A stretch of 64,000 nt of DNA, taken from positions 576,001 to 640,000 of the forward strand of contig CAXXHO010000005.1 of the NCBI GenBank assembly GCA_963667725.2. The letters are read 5' to 3'. Positions 20,099-30,129 of this stretch are shown here, piece by piece (positions within the stretch are counted from its first letter, which is position 1; the number at the start of each line of letters is the position of its first letter). Both the position numbers and the translations under genes were made by a program. The notes beneath the pieces are model-generated. The model worked only from the letters and a program-made list of their open reading frames with translations. It was not told the origin of the DNA and ran no database searches. This DNA is from Treponemataceae bacterium (GTDB taxonomy: Bacteria > Spirochaetota > Spirochaetia > Treponematales > Rectinemataceae).

Positions 20099-21267
20099 TC
20101 TATCTGAACAACGCGGCGACGAGCTTCCCGAAGGCTCCGGGCGTGGCCGAAGCCCTCTTCGCGCAAGTCTCGTCCATGGGAGGAAATCCGGGCCGCGCGG
20201 GCCTGGGGAGCGCCCTGGGGAGCAGCCTGGACGCGGACAGGCTACTTCTCGCCGCGCGGGAAGCCCTGTGCCGGCTCATTGGCGTTCCCGATGCCTATTC
20301 CGAACGCATGATATTCACGAAGAACGCCACGGAGGCCATAAATATCGTCCTTCTGGGCATCGTCCAGCCGGGCGACACCGTCGTCACCAGCTCCCTCGAA
20401 CACAACGCCGTCATGCGGCCGCTCCGCTGGCTCGAGAAAACGCGGGGGACGAAGATTCTCGTCATCCGCTGCGACGAAGGCGGCACGCCCGACAGGGCCG
20501 ATCTCGCCGCGGCCCTCGCCCGAAGCCCCAACCTCGCCGTCTTTACGATGGCGAGCAACGTCTCGGGCGCCCTTTTGCCTTGGGAAGAACTCGCCAGGCT
20601 ATTCAGGAAGGCTGGATCCCTTGTCTGCCTCGACGCGAGCCAAGCCATCGGCCATATGGAAATCTCGGCGGCCTCCGATATCGACTATCTCTGTTTTCCC
20701 GGCCACAAGGGCCTTCTCGGCCCTACGGGCACCGGCTGCCTCTATATCGCGGGCGACACCATCCCGGAAGCGCTTATTCGAGGCGGCACGGGGAGTCGCT
20801 CAGACCTGGAAATCCAGCCCGGGGAACTGCCCGACCGCTTCGAGGCGGGCACGCAGAACCTGCCGGGCGCGGCGGGCCTTCTGGCCGCGACCGCCTTCCT
20901 CGCCTCCAAAGGCGTAAAGACCATCGGCGCCCGCGAGTCCGCGCTGACGGAGCGCCTGATCGGGGGACTCGGCGCTATCTCTGGGATACGGGTACACGGT
21001 CCCCTGCCGGGATTCCCTCGCGCGCCCGTCGTCTCCATATCTTCCGAAAGACCGCCGCTGGACGAATTAGCGCGGGGGCTCGATCTCCGAGGCATCGCCG
21101 TCCGAATGGGCCTCCACTGCGCCCCGGCCGCGCATCGATCGATTGGCACTTTTTCCACTGGCGGAACGATTCGCTTTTCGCCCGGCTTCTTCACGACCGA
21201 AGCCGAGATCGACGAAACGATCAGGGCCATGGAGGACATCGTCGCCCGAGGAGGATCGGATGACTGA
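20095..21267 (+). CDS. Class V aminotransferase, cysteine desulfurase/selenocysteine lyase-like
   Basis: IYLNNAATS, FTKNATEA, EHNAV, PGHKGLLGP (PLP Lys), RMGLHCAP. Confidence 0.9.
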   Translation: MIYLNNAATSFPKAPGVAEALFAQVSSMGGNPGRAGLGSALGSSLDADRLLLAAREALCRLIGVPDAYSERMIFTKNATEAINIVLLGIVQPGDTVVTSSLEHNAVMRPLRWLEKTRGTKILVIRCDEGGTPDRADLAAALARSPNLAVFTMASNVSGALLPWEELARLFRKAGSLVCLDASQAIGHMEISAASDIDYLCFPGHKGLLGPTGTGCLYIAGDTIPEALIRGGTGSRSDLEIQPGELPDRFEAGTQNLPGAAGLLAATAFLASKGVKTIGARESALTERLIGGLGAISGIRVHGPLPGFPRAPVVSISSERPPLDELARGLDLRGIAVRMGLHCAPAAHRSIGTFSTGGTIRFSPGFFTTEAEIDETIRAMEDIVARGGSDD

Positions 21268-22324
21268 GTTAAAAGGACCGCTTCCCGAAAGCGACGCGCG
21301 TCTGACACAGTATACGCGCTTCTCGGGCTGCGGCGCGAAGCTTGGCCCCGGCGTGCTCGAAAAAGCCCTCTGCGGTCTGGCCCAGCCCGCCTATCCGGGA
21401 CTTCTGGCCGACTTTTCCGGCTGCGAGGACGCGGGCCTATTCCGGATTGCGCCGGGGCTCGTCATCGCGCAGACCGTCGATTTCTTCCCACCCATCGTCG
21501 ACGACCCCTTCCTCTTCGGAAGAATAGCGGCAGCCAACGCGCTTTCGGACATCTACGCGATGGGCGGCAGGCCGATTAGCGCCTTAGCCCTCGTATGCTT
21601 TCCCGTAAAATCCCTGGGCATGGAAACGCTGCGTTCGATGATGAAGGGCGGCCTGGACGCCCTCATCGAAGCCGACTGCGCCCTTCTCGGCGGCCACAGC
21701 ATCGAGGATCCCGAGCCCAAGCTCGGCTACGCGGTGACCGGCCTCGTGGACGAGGGGAAGGCCTGGCGGAACAACAGCCTTCTGCCAAGACATGCGATCA
21801 TCCTCACGAAACCCATCGGGACGGGACTGATCAATATGGCCGTCCGCGCCGGCTGCGCCTCGCGGGAGGCCGAGAAGGCTGCCGAAACCTCGATGGCGAC
21901 CCTCAACAGACGCGCCGCGGAAATCCTTTCGGCATACAGGGTGTGCGCCTGCACCGATGTCACGGGCTTCGGGCTCGCGGGTCACGCCGCCGAGATGGCG
22001 GCGGGCTCCCTGTGCGGGCTCAGGCTGTTTTTCGGCGAAATTCCCCTCTTGCCGGAAGCGCTGGAGTACGCATCCATGGGTCTCGTGCCCGAAGGCACCT
22101 ACAGAAATCGCGCCGGCAGGGCCCATGCGCTCAAGGGAGCCGAGGAACTCGACGCCGTCCAGTCCGACATCCTCTTCGACCCCCAGACCTCGGGAGGCCT
22201 TCTGGCGGCCGTGCCTCGGGAGGTCGCTGCCGAAGCCCTCGCCGCGCTTCTCGCGGCGGGCGTCGCGGCGGCCATTGTCGGCGAGAGCGGCGGAGAAGCG
22301 GGGACGGTGGAAATTGTCCGCTAG
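21260..22324 (+). CDS. selD: Selenide, water dikinase (Cys form)
   Basis: SGCGAKL, EDAG, QTVDFFPP, ANALSDIYAMGG, TDVTGFGL, DPQTSGGLL. Confidence 0.96.
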   Translation: MTELKGPLPESDARLTQYTRFSGCGAKLGPGVLEKALCGLAQPAYPGLLADFSGCEDAGLFRIAPGLVIAQTVDFFPPIVDDPFLFGRIAAANALSDIYAMGGRPISALALVCFPVKSLGMETLRSMMKGGLDALIEADCALLGGHSIEDPEPKLGYAVTGLVDEGKAWRNNSLLPRHAIILTKPIGTGLINMAVRAGCASREAEKAAETSMATLNRRAAEILSAYRVCACTDVTGFGLAGHAAEMAAGSLCGLRLFFGEIPLLPEALEYASMGLVPEGTYRNRAGRAHALKGAEELDAVQSDILFDPQTSGGLLAAVPREVAAEALAALLAAGVAAAIVGESGGEAGTVEIVR

Positions 22325-22664
22325 CGGGCATGCCCTTATAGTGACCTTTCGCACGACGCATGCCGCCCTGCGCGCGGAACGGGCTTTCCTCGCCAAAGGA
22401 TACACCATCGAACTCATACCCGTTCCGCGCGGCATTTCGAGCGACTGCGGCTTCTGCGTCAAGGCAGCCCTGCCCGACGGCCGCGAGTCCGACGGCCGCC
22501 GGATACGCGGCGCCGCGTTCGACGTCGCGGAGCCTTGTTCTTCGATGATGGCTATGACCGCGGCACTTTCGTTCGAGGCGGTCTGGATGGAAACGACGGA
22601 AGCGGCGGCCAACGAAAGCCACGGAAAGGAGAAACGATATGAGCGAATCGACGCTGGTCATTGA
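22314..22664 (+). CDS. DUF3343-like putative Se/S carrier protein
   Basis: TFRTTHAALRAE...LIPVPRGISSDCG in the 21957..22664 frame, between selD and yedF; TTG start uncertain. Confidence 0.7.
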   Translation: MSASGHALIVTFRTTHAALRAERAFLAKGYTIELIPVPRGISSDCGFCVKAALPDGRESDGRRIRGAAFDVAEPCSSMMAMTAALSFEAVWMETTEAAANESHGKEKRYERIDAGH

Positions 22665-23274
22665 CGCGCGGGGACTCCCCTGTCCCCAGCCGGTCATACT
22701 GACAAAGAAGGCTATCGAAGAAGGGGCTGCCGGACGGATCGAAGTCCTCGTCGACAATGAAGCCGCCAAAGAAAACGTCCTGCGCTTCGCCGGATTCTCC
22801 GGCCGCCCCGCGGAAGCCCAGCCGGCCGAGGGAGGCGCCACGCGCGTCGTCATCAGGGAAGCCGCCGAAGCCGCGCCCGGAGAAACCACGTCCAGCGAAG
22901 CCGCTCCCGTAAAAATCGCGCCCGGAGAAACCCGGCCGGACGGAATAGACACCCTCTTCATTCCCACGGACAGACTCGGCCATGGGGACGACGATTTGGG
23001 CGTCCTCCTCATGCGCGGTTTCATCTACGCCCTCGCCGAGGGCGGCGAAAAACCCTCGCGGATCATTCTCATGAACGGAGGCGTCAGGCTCGCCGTCGAG
23101 GGTTCCGAATGCCTGGCCAATCTCCGGCGGCTCGCCCAGGAGGGAGCTGAAATACTCGTCTGCGGCACTTGTCTCGATTACTTCAAACTAAAAGAGAGAC
23201 TGGCTGTGGGAAGAGTATCCAATATGTATGAAATAACCGAGCTGCTCATGAAGGGGAATGTCCTCAGACCATGA
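22639..23274 (+). CDS. yedF: Selenium metabolism sulfurtransferase-like protein YedF (TusA + DsrE-like domains)
   Basis: IDARGLPCPQPVI, LVDNEAAKENV, LGVLLMRGF, MNGGV, CGTCLDY, GRVSNMY. Confidence 0.9.
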   Translation: MSESTLVIDARGLPCPQPVILTKKAIEEGAAGRIEVLVDNEAAKENVLRFAGFSGRPAEAQPAEGGATRVVIREAAEAAPGETTSSEAAPVKIAPGETRPDGIDTLFIPTDRLGHGDDDLGVLLMRGFIYALAEGGEKPSRIILMNGGVRLAVEGSECLANLRRLAQEGAEILVCGTCLDYFKLKERLAVGRVSNMYEITELLMKGNVLRP

Positions 23275-23299
23275 AGCGGAGGACATCCGCGCCCATATC

Positions 23300-24193
23300 T
23301 CAGTCGTCCTCCGGTCCCTTGCGCAGAAGAACCCTCGAGATCTCGCCCGCCCCCGGATTTTTCCCGCCTTTCGCGCTCTTCTCCACCACAAAATCGACCT
23401 TCTGGAGAAACCTGTCCCTGTAGTCGGTAGGCGAGATGCCCGTCGCCCGCCGGAAGGCCCGCGAAAAGGAAAACTGGCTGTCGAACTCGAGCTTGTCGGC
23501 TATCTCCCCCACGTGAAGATTCGTGCTCGAAAGCATGGCTCTCGCCGCCTCGATCTTGAGGCGTGCATAGTAGCGCATCGGCGGCATCCCCATATAGCTG
23601 GAAAAAAGCCTGACGAAATGCTCCCTCGAGACATCCAGATAGTCGCAGAGCTCGCTCAGGTCGAGGTGGCGCTCTATCCTCGCCTGCATGATGGCAATGG
23701 CCTTTCCGATGTGGGCGTTGTCTGGCGTGGCCCAGCTCGGTCCCTTGCCTGCCGCGATCTGGTACAGCATCGAAATGAGGGCGTGGCGCGCGGAAAATTC
23801 CAGCTCGGGCTCCCTGGAAAGATGCTTCTCGAGAATATCGGCGAAGAAGAAGCGGTAGCCGTTGCCCACGATACGCCCCTCGCCCCGCCCCACGAGACGA
23901 TCGAGGAGGGCGGACGTTTCCCCGTCCTCCGAGACGTCGATGAGAAGGGCGTAATAGGTTATGGGTTTTTCGAGGACCGTGGCGAGTATCTGATGCCACA
24001 TGCCGGGCGCGCTGAAGTAGAGGCTCCCTCGCTCGATCGCATAACGCGTCTTGTCGTTGCGGAAGCTGCCTTCGCCCGAAACGAAGTAATGGATTTCGTA
24101 GAGGTTTTCCCCATGGCAATGATCCCTGCCGTGCCAGGCTATCTGCCCCGGGTCGTTCAGGTGATAGACGAATACGATATCCTCGAAACGCAC
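23300..24193 (-). CDS. AraC-family transcriptional regulator
   Basis: Cupin (HCH..YEIHYF) plus C-terminal double HTH (FSRAFRRATGISPTDYR); GTG start uncertain. Confidence 0.9.
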   Translation of the reverse strand: MRFEDIVFVYHLNDPGQIAWHGRDHCHGENLYEIHYFVSGEGSFRNDKTRYAIERGSLYFSAPGMWHQILATVLEKPITYYALLIDVSEDGETSALLDRLVGRGEGRIVGNGYRFFFADILEKHLSREPELEFSARHALISMLYQIAAGKGPSWATPDNAHIGKAIAIMQARIERHLDLSELCDYLDVSREHFVRLFSSYMGMPPMRYYARLKIEAARAMLSSTNLHVGEIADKLEFDSQFSFSRAFRRATGISPTDYRDRFLQKVDFVVEKSAKGGKNPGAGEISRVLLRKGPEDD

Positions 24194-24396
24194 CGATTTC
24201 CCCCCGTAAACGTCAATAGTACCCCAGCCCGGGGTCCGCCGCAACCAATATCACTTTGGGACATTAATTATCAATTCCCGCCATTCCGGTATCACAAAAG
24301 TTGACCAAAGATAAAGTGAGGCCGATGGGCTCGAGCTTAGGTTCGCGTCCAAGACCTTTATCGCTGCCAAAAAAAATGGCAAAAGGAGGAATTGCG

Positions 24397-25449
24397 ATGA
24401 AAAAAACCCTATTGGTGATTCTGGGCATCGCGATCGTAGTTTCGGGCGTTTGGGCGCAGAAGAGCGCTCTCATCGGCGTCGCCATGCCGACGCAGTCGCT
24501 CCAGCGCTGGAATCAGGACGGCGCGAACATGAAGGCCAAGCTCGAGGAAAAGGGCTACAAGGTCGTGCTCCAGTACGCGAACAACGACGTGAATACCCAG
24601 GTCCAGCAGCTCGAGAACATGATCGTGCAGGGCTGCAAGGTCCTCGTGATCGCCTCGATCGACGGCTCGGTGCTCTCCGATGTCCTGAAGCAGGCCAAGG
24701 AATACGACATCAAGGTCATCGCCTACGACAGGCTGATCATGAACACGCCCGACGTCGACTACTACGCCACCTTCGACAACTTCAAGGTCGGCGTGATCCA
24801 GGGCCAGTACATCGAAAAGGCTCTCGGACTCAAGGAAGGCAAAGGCCCCTACAATCTCGAACTCTTCGCCGGCTCCCCCGACGACAACAACGCCGTGTTC
24901 TTCTTCAACGGCGCCATGAGCATCCTCAATCCTTACATCGCCGCCAAAAAGTTCGCCATTCCCTCGGGACAGAAGGACTTCACCGTCATAGCGACCCAGA
25001 GCTGGGATTCCGCCAAGGCTCAGGCCAGGATGGACAATCTCATCACCGCCAACTACGCCAAGGGCGCCAAGCTCGACGTCATCCTCTCGCCCAACGACTC
25101 GGTGGCCATCGGCGTCATCGCCTCCCTCAAGAACGCGGGATACGGCGCCGGGAAACCCTACCCCGTCCTGACAGGCCAGGACTGCGACAAGGCGAACGTG
25201 AAGGCCATGATCGCGGGGCAGCAGTCCATGTCGATCTTCAAGGACACCCGCACCCTCGCCGCCCAGGTCGTCGACATGGTCGAGTCCCTGATGGCGGGCA
25301 AGTACGCCACGGTGAACGACACCAAGACCTACTTCAACGGCGTGAAGACCGTGCCGTCCTTCCTCTGCGACCCCGTGTACGCGGACAAGAACAACTACAA
25401 GGCCCTGCTCATAGACAGTGGCTATTACAAAGAAGCCGATTTAAAATAG
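24397..25449 (+). CDS. chvE: Multiple monosaccharide ABC transporter binding protein (ChvE type)
   Basis: GVAMPTQSLQRW, IAYDRLI, YYATFDNFKVG, GSPDDNNA, TGQD, IFKDTR. Confidence 0.9.
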   Translation: MKKTLLVILGIAIVVSGVWAQKSALIGVAMPTQSLQRWNQDGANMKAKLEEKGYKVVLQYANNDVNTQVQQLENMIVQGCKVLVIASIDGSVLSDVLKQAKEYDIKVIAYDRLIMNTPDVDYYATFDNFKVGVIQGQYIEKALGLKEGKGPYNLELFAGSPDDNNAVFFFNGAMSILNPYIAAKKFAIPSGQKDFTVIATQSWDSAKAQARMDNLITANYAKGAKLDVILSPNDSVAIGVIASLKNAGYGAGKPYPVLTGQDCDKANVKAMIAGQQSMSIFKDTRTLAAQVVDMVESLMAGKYATVNDTKTYFNGVKTVPSFLCDPVYADKNNYKALLIDSGYYKEADLK

Positions 25450-25467
25450 ATGATAACAAAATAGCGT

Positions 25468-25500
25468 AAAGGGCTGGCCCGCGACGCGGGCCAGCCCTTT
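25468..25500 (+). terminator. Strong stem-loop between binding-protein and ATPase genes (partial terminator or mRNA stabiliser)
   Basis: Perfect inverted repeat AAAGGGCTGGCCCGCG-A-CGCGGGCCAGCCCTTT. Confidence 0.75.
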
Positions 25501-25564
25501 GCGTGGGTCGGCGCCAGGACGGCGCGTTCCGCCGTCACCGTGTATCGACAAGGAGCAAGCTGCC

Positions 25565-27115
25565 TTGGCTGACATCATTCTCGAGATGAAGGACATCACG
25601 AAAACCTTCCCCGGCGTTACCGCGCTGAGCCGAGTGAATCTGGCCATTCGGCGGGGCGAGATCCACGCCCTCGTCGGCGAGAACGGAGCGGGAAAATCCA
25701 CCCTCATGAATATCCTCTCGGGCGTCTATCCGCAGGGTACCTATTCCGGTTCCATCATATTCGAGGGGTCCGAATGCTCCTTCAAGGAAGTGCGCGACAG
25801 CGAGAAAAAGGGCATCGGCATCATCCATCAGGAACTTGCCCTCATCCCCTACCTGTCCATCGGCGAGAACATTTTCCTGAGGAATGAACGGGCCAAGGAT
25901 AACATCATCGATTGGGACAGGACTTATCAGGACGCCAAAAAATACCTGGACCTCGTAGGCCTCAAGGAAAATCCCCACACACCCATCAAGGACATTAGCG
26001 TGGGGAAGCAGCAGCTCGTCGAGATAGCAAAAGCTCTATCGCGCAACGTCAAGCTCCTCATCCTGGACGAGCCGACGGCTTCGCTCAACGAGGACGATTC
26101 CGCGCACCTGCTCGAACTCCTCCTCGATCTCAAGGCCAAGGGACTCACCTCCATTCTCATCTCGCACAAGCTCAACGAGATAGCCCGTGTGGCCGACTCC
26201 ATCACCATCATCCGCGACGGACTCACCGTCGAAACCCTGGAGAAGGGCAAAGATTCGATGGACGAAGACCGCATCATCAAGGGCATGGTCGGACGGGAAC
26301 TCATCGACCGGTTCCCCAAGCGTACGCCGAAGTTGGGCGATATCGCTTTCGAAGTCGTTGACTGGAACGTGTTCAGCCCTCTGAACCCCGAGCGGCAGAT
26401 CATAAAGGGCGCTAATTTCAACGTGCGCAAGGGCGAAGTGATAGGGCTCGCCGGCCTAATGGGCGCGGGACGCACCGAGCTGGCCATGAGCATTTTCGGC
26501 CGATCCTACGGGCTCCATATCAGCGGCCAAGCCTTCAAGCACGGGAAGAAAGTCGATCTCGGCAATGTCCGCCAGGCTATCGAGCAGGGTATCGCCTACA
26601 CCACCGAAGACCGCAAGACCGCGGGCTTGAATCTGATCGGCGACATAAAGGAAAACATCACCATCGCGGGACTCAAGAAACTTTCGAAGCGTTGGGTGAT
26701 CAACAGAAGCCGTGAAATTGGAGTCGCGGAGGAGTACCGCGCGAAACTCAACATCCGCTCGTCGAGCATCCTGCAGAAAGCCGGCAACCTGTCGGGCGGA
26801 AATCAGCAGAAGGTAGTCCTGAGCCGGTGGATATTCACCGAACCGGACGTCCTCATTCTCGACGAACCGACGCGCGGCATCGACGTCGGCGCCAAATTCG
26901 AAATCTACACGATCATCAACCAGCTCGCCGACGAGGGCAAATCAGTGATCTTCATATCGTCGGAACTGCCGGAAATCCTCGGCATTTCCGACCGCATCTA
27001 TGTAATGAACGACGGCCGCATCGTGGGCGAGTTCTCTCGCGGCGAGGCGACACAGGAAGGCATCATGAAGTGCATCATGCAGAGCGCGGCGGAGGGCGGA
27101 AATGGAAAGCATTAA
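25565..27115 (+). CDS. mmsA: Multiple monosaccharide ABC transporter ATP-binding protein (MmsA/GguA type)
   Basis: Tandem ABC domains [28 protein letters not shown] start after AAGGAG. Confidence 0.9.
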   Translation: MADIILEMKDITKTFPGVTALSRVNLAIRRGEIHALVGENGAGKSTLMNILSGVYPQGTYSGSIIFEGSECSFKEVRDSEKKGIGIIHQELALIPYLSIGENIFLRNERAKDNIIDWDRTYQDAKKYLDLVGLKENPHTPIKDISVGKQQLVEIAKALSRNVKLLILDEPTASLNEDDSAHLLELLLDLKAKGLTSILISHKLNEIARVADSITIIRDGLTVETLEKGKDSMDEDRIIKGMVGRELIDRFPKRTPKLGDIAFEVVDWNVFSPLNPERQIIKGANFNVRKGEVIGLAGLMGAGRTELAMSIFGRSYGLHISGQAFKHGKKVDLGNVRQAIEQGIAYTTEDRKTAGLNLIGDIKENITIAGLKKLSKRWVINRSREIGVAEEYRAKLNIRSSSILQKAGNLSGGNQQKVVLSRWIFTEPDVLILDEPTRGIDVGAKFEIYTIINQLADEGKSVIFISSELPEILGISDRIYVMNDGRIVGEFSRGEATQEGIMKCIMQSAAEGGNGKH

Positions 27116-28274
27116 AAATCTGTTCAAAAAAAACATAAGTCAGTACGCGATGCTCATCGCCCTCGTTTTCATCATGCTTTTCTTCCAGATACTGACGAAC
27201 GGAATACTGCTCGTCCCGATGAACGTGACGAACCTCGTGCTCCAGAACGCCTACGTGTTCATCCTCGCGATAGGCATGACGCTCTGCATCCTGACAGGCG
27301 GCAACATCGACCTTTCCGCCGGCTCGGTGGTAGCCTTCATAGGCGCGTTGTGCGGCACCTTCATCATAAACCTGAAGATCAACACGGGGCTTTCGCTCGT
27401 CCTCGCCCTGGCTATCGGCATAGCCATCGGCGTCTGGCAAGGCTTCTGGATCGCCTATGTGCGGATACCGGCTTTCATCGTGACGCTGGCGGGCAGCCTC
27501 GTTTTCCGAGGGCTCACGCTCTTCATCCTGAAAGGCCTCACCCTGGGACCTTTCCCCGAATCCTTCCAGCGCATAAGCTCCGGTTTCGTCCCCGACATTC
27601 TGGCCAGGCCCAAGGGAGCGCTCAACGGAACGGCCCTCATCGTCGGCATCGCCGCCGCCGCGCTCTACGCGCTCTCACAGATAAGGCGCCGCGTTTCTCA
27701 CCGAAAAAGCGGCTTTGAAACAGCAGCTTTCCCCGTCTTCATCGCGCAGATAAGCTTCATCGCGGCGGCTATCATGGCCATAACCGTATGGTTCGCGCGG
27801 TACAAGGGTCTGCCCATCATCTTCATCATCATCGGGCTGCTGATACTGGCGTATTCCTTCTTCACGATGCGCACGGTTCCCGGCAGGTATCTCTACGCGA
27901 TGGGCGGCAACGAGAAGGCCGCCCAGCTTTCGGGGATCAACACCAACAAAGTGCTTTTCCTCGCCTACGTCAACATGGGGGCGCTCGCCGCGGTAGCGGG
28001 CATCGCCTTCACCTCGCGGCTCAACGCCGCGTCTCCCCAGTCAGGCATGAACTTCGAACTGGACGCGATCGCCTCTTGTTTCATCGGAGGCGCATCGGCA
28101 TACGGCGGCGTAGGCACCGTCATCGGCGCGATCATCGGGGCCCTCGTGATGGGCGTCCTGAACAACGGCATGTCGATACTGGGCATAGGAAGCGATGTGC
28201 AGCAGATAGTGAAAGGCCTCGTGCTTCTTCTCGCCGTGGCCTTCGACGTCATCTCGAAAAAGAAGGCGCGCTGA
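27102..28274 (+). CDS. mmsB: Multiple monosaccharide ABC transporter permease (MmsB/GguB type)
   Basis: [42 protein letters not shown]. Confidence 0.9.
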   Translation: MESIKNLFKKNISQYAMLIALVFIMLFFQILTNGILLVPMNVTNLVLQNAYVFILAIGMTLCILTGGNIDLSAGSVVAFIGALCGTFIINLKINTGLSLVLALAIGIAIGVWQGFWIAYVRIPAFIVTLAGSLVFRGLTLFILKGLTLGPFPESFQRISSGFVPDILARPKGALNGTALIVGIAAAALYALSQIRRRVSHRKSGFETAAFPVFIAQISFIAAAIMAITVWFARYKGLPIIFIIIGLLILAYSFFTMRTVPGRYLYAMGGNEKAAQLSGINTNKVLFLAYVNMGALAAVAGIAFTSRLNAASPQSGMNFELDAIASCFIGGASAYGGVGTVIGAIIGALVMGVLNNGMSILGIGSDVQQIVKGLVLLLAVAFDVISKKKAR

Positions 28275-28326
28275 TCCAGGAAACGCCGAGCTAAGGTACC
28301 CGACCAACACGTTACGGGTTAAAAAT

Positions 28327-30072
28327 TTAGCCCGTAACGCTGCAGTTCTTGCCGCGATGCTTGGCTTCGTACATGGCGCCGTCCGCGCGCGCGAGCAGGG
28401 CGTCGCCTGTCTCATCGCCGTCGAACTCCGCCACGCCGATGCTCACCGTGACTTTCATGTCCTTGCCGTCGATGCAGCGTACGCTGTCTATGGCGAATCG
28501 GCTCCTCAGGCATTCGGCGACGCGGAAGGCATCGTCGCGGGTGGTTTCATGCATGACAATGACGAATTCATCGCCGCCGGAACGGCAGCAACTATCTTTT
28601 TCCCTTGTGCAGCTGTTCATGAGATGCGCGAGGGAAGCGAGGATGTCGTCGCCGACGCTGTGGCCGAAGGTATCGTTCACCGTCTTGAAGTCGTCGATGT
28701 CAAGAAGGAGGAGCGAAAGCGGGGTCTTCGTTTCCCTGGCCTTGGCGGCGGCCAGCTCCAGCTCGTTGAAGAGGAAGCGCTTGTTGCGCAACCCGGTGAG
28801 CCCATCCGTCAGGCTAAGTTCGCGATAACTGCCCTCGATTTTTTCCAGCTTCTTCGTTTCCGCCTCGAAGCGCTTGAATCTGTCAGCCAACGCTATAGAG
28901 AGCAGGACAGCCTCGGCGGCCATGCCTATGGCCACGCCGTTGACCGTAAAAAAGTTAACGGGCAGAACCTTGAGGTCCATGAGGGAAAAGACGAAACCGC
29001 CGAGGGCAAGGAAGAACCAGGCGATCAGGAAGTAGACGGCCGAGGGGAAACCTTGGATCATGCGGGCTATCGCGGCGCCGATAATGAAAACGGGCAACGC
29101 GAGTCCCAGGTAATTGGAGAGCGAGAACGCGATATCGTGCCATCCGATGAGACCGGTCAGCGATACCACGAAGCCGAGGGCTGAAAGGGAAAGGAAGACA
29201 TGGTAGAGGATGGGCCGGCCTTCCTTGAGCCGAAGGAAAAAGCTCGCGAAAAAAGCTCCCCAGGTGAGCATGCTTCCCGCCCAGAACCAGAGCATCGTCT
29301 GGTCGAAACCCGGGTTCTGACCAAAGATGAGCTTGGCGAGTCCCTGGACGAAGAAGACCCAGAGCGCGGCGGAAAGGATGTAGAGAATGTAAAAAAGATA
29401 GGTCAGATCCTTGAGCGAGAAAAGAAGGAAAAAGCTGTAGAGGACCATCGCGAGAAGAATGCCGTAGAGAAATCCGAAGGCCATGTATTCCCGGCCTTCG
29501 CGTTGCGCGAAACTGATTGCCGTTTCGATATAGAAGTTGACTTTGACGTCGGTATTGCCCGAAAGGCGAATATAGCAGGGCTGGCCTTTAAATGCCCCGG
29601 AAGGCAGTTCGAAAGCGAAGAATCTCGAGAGGGGCTCGTCCGGACGCCTTTCGGCTTGGGCTCCTGACCGGATTTCCTCGAAGCTCCCGTCGCCGCGCGG
29701 GACATAGAGGGAAACGCGCTCCAGAATGATGGAAAAGCTGGGCCTCACGACGAGAAGCCATTGGGAGGCGGGCGCGCCCGTCCCGGGAGCTTTCTGCGCC
29801 GAATCGAGCTCGGAGACGGGAATGGTGAAGCGAAGCCATGCGGCGGGCGCGGATTCGCCCACCCAGATCATTCTTCCGTCAACCGGCGTAAAGCGCGGGG
29901 CGAGTTCCGGTCCGGAAACATCGGCTATGCCGAGTTCTGGGCCGGCGTTGAAGAAGAAATCGCTCCGCTCATCGAGCTGGATAATGGACCGCTTGCCCTC
30001 GGACAGAGGAGCGGCTCCGGACTGAAGGCCGAGGAATACCGCGAAAAACAACAAGACAACGTTCTTCTTCAT
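28327..30072 (-). CDS. Diguanylate cyclase with 7TM-DISM-type sensor region
   Basis: Signal peptide, extracellular domain, about 7 TM helices, TDGLTGLRN, DIDDFK, intact GGDEF and RxxD I-site (REKD). Confidence 0.9.
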   Translation of the reverse strand: MKKNVVLLFFAVFLGLQSGAAPLSEGKRSIIQLDERSDFFFNAGPELGIADVSGPELAPRFTPVDGRMIWVGESAPAAWLRFTIPVSELDSAQKAPGTGAPASQWLLVVRPSFSIILERVSLYVPRGDGSFEEIRSGAQAERRPDEPLSRFFAFELPSGAFKGQPCYIRLSGNTDVKVNFYIETAISFAQREGREYMAFGFLYGILLAMVLYSFFLLFSLKDLTYLFYILYILSAALWVFFVQGLAKLIFGQNPGFDQTMLWFWAGSMLTWGAFFASFFLRLKEGRPILYHVFLSLSALGFVVSLTGLIGWHDIAFSLSNYLGLALPVFIIGAAIARMIQGFPSAVYFLIAWFFLALGGFVFSLMDLKVLPVNFFTVNGVAIGMAAEAVLLSIALADRFKRFEAETKKLEKIEGSYRELSLTDGLTGLRNKRFLFNELELAAAKARETKTPLSLLLLDIDDFKTVNDTFGHSVGDDILASLAHLMNSCTREKDSCCRSGGDEFVIVMHETTRDDAFRVAECLRSRFAIDSVRCIDGKDMKVTVSIGVAEFDGDETGDALLARADGAMYEAKHRGKNCSVTG

Positions 30073-30129
30073 TTACCCGCAGTATAGCAGGGCAGACGCC
30101 GACGGTGAATCTCCTTGCCGGGCAAACCT

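Noticed and set aside
21320..21345. SelD as a selenoprotein
   Set aside because: The active-site codon is TGC (Cys); no in-frame TGA
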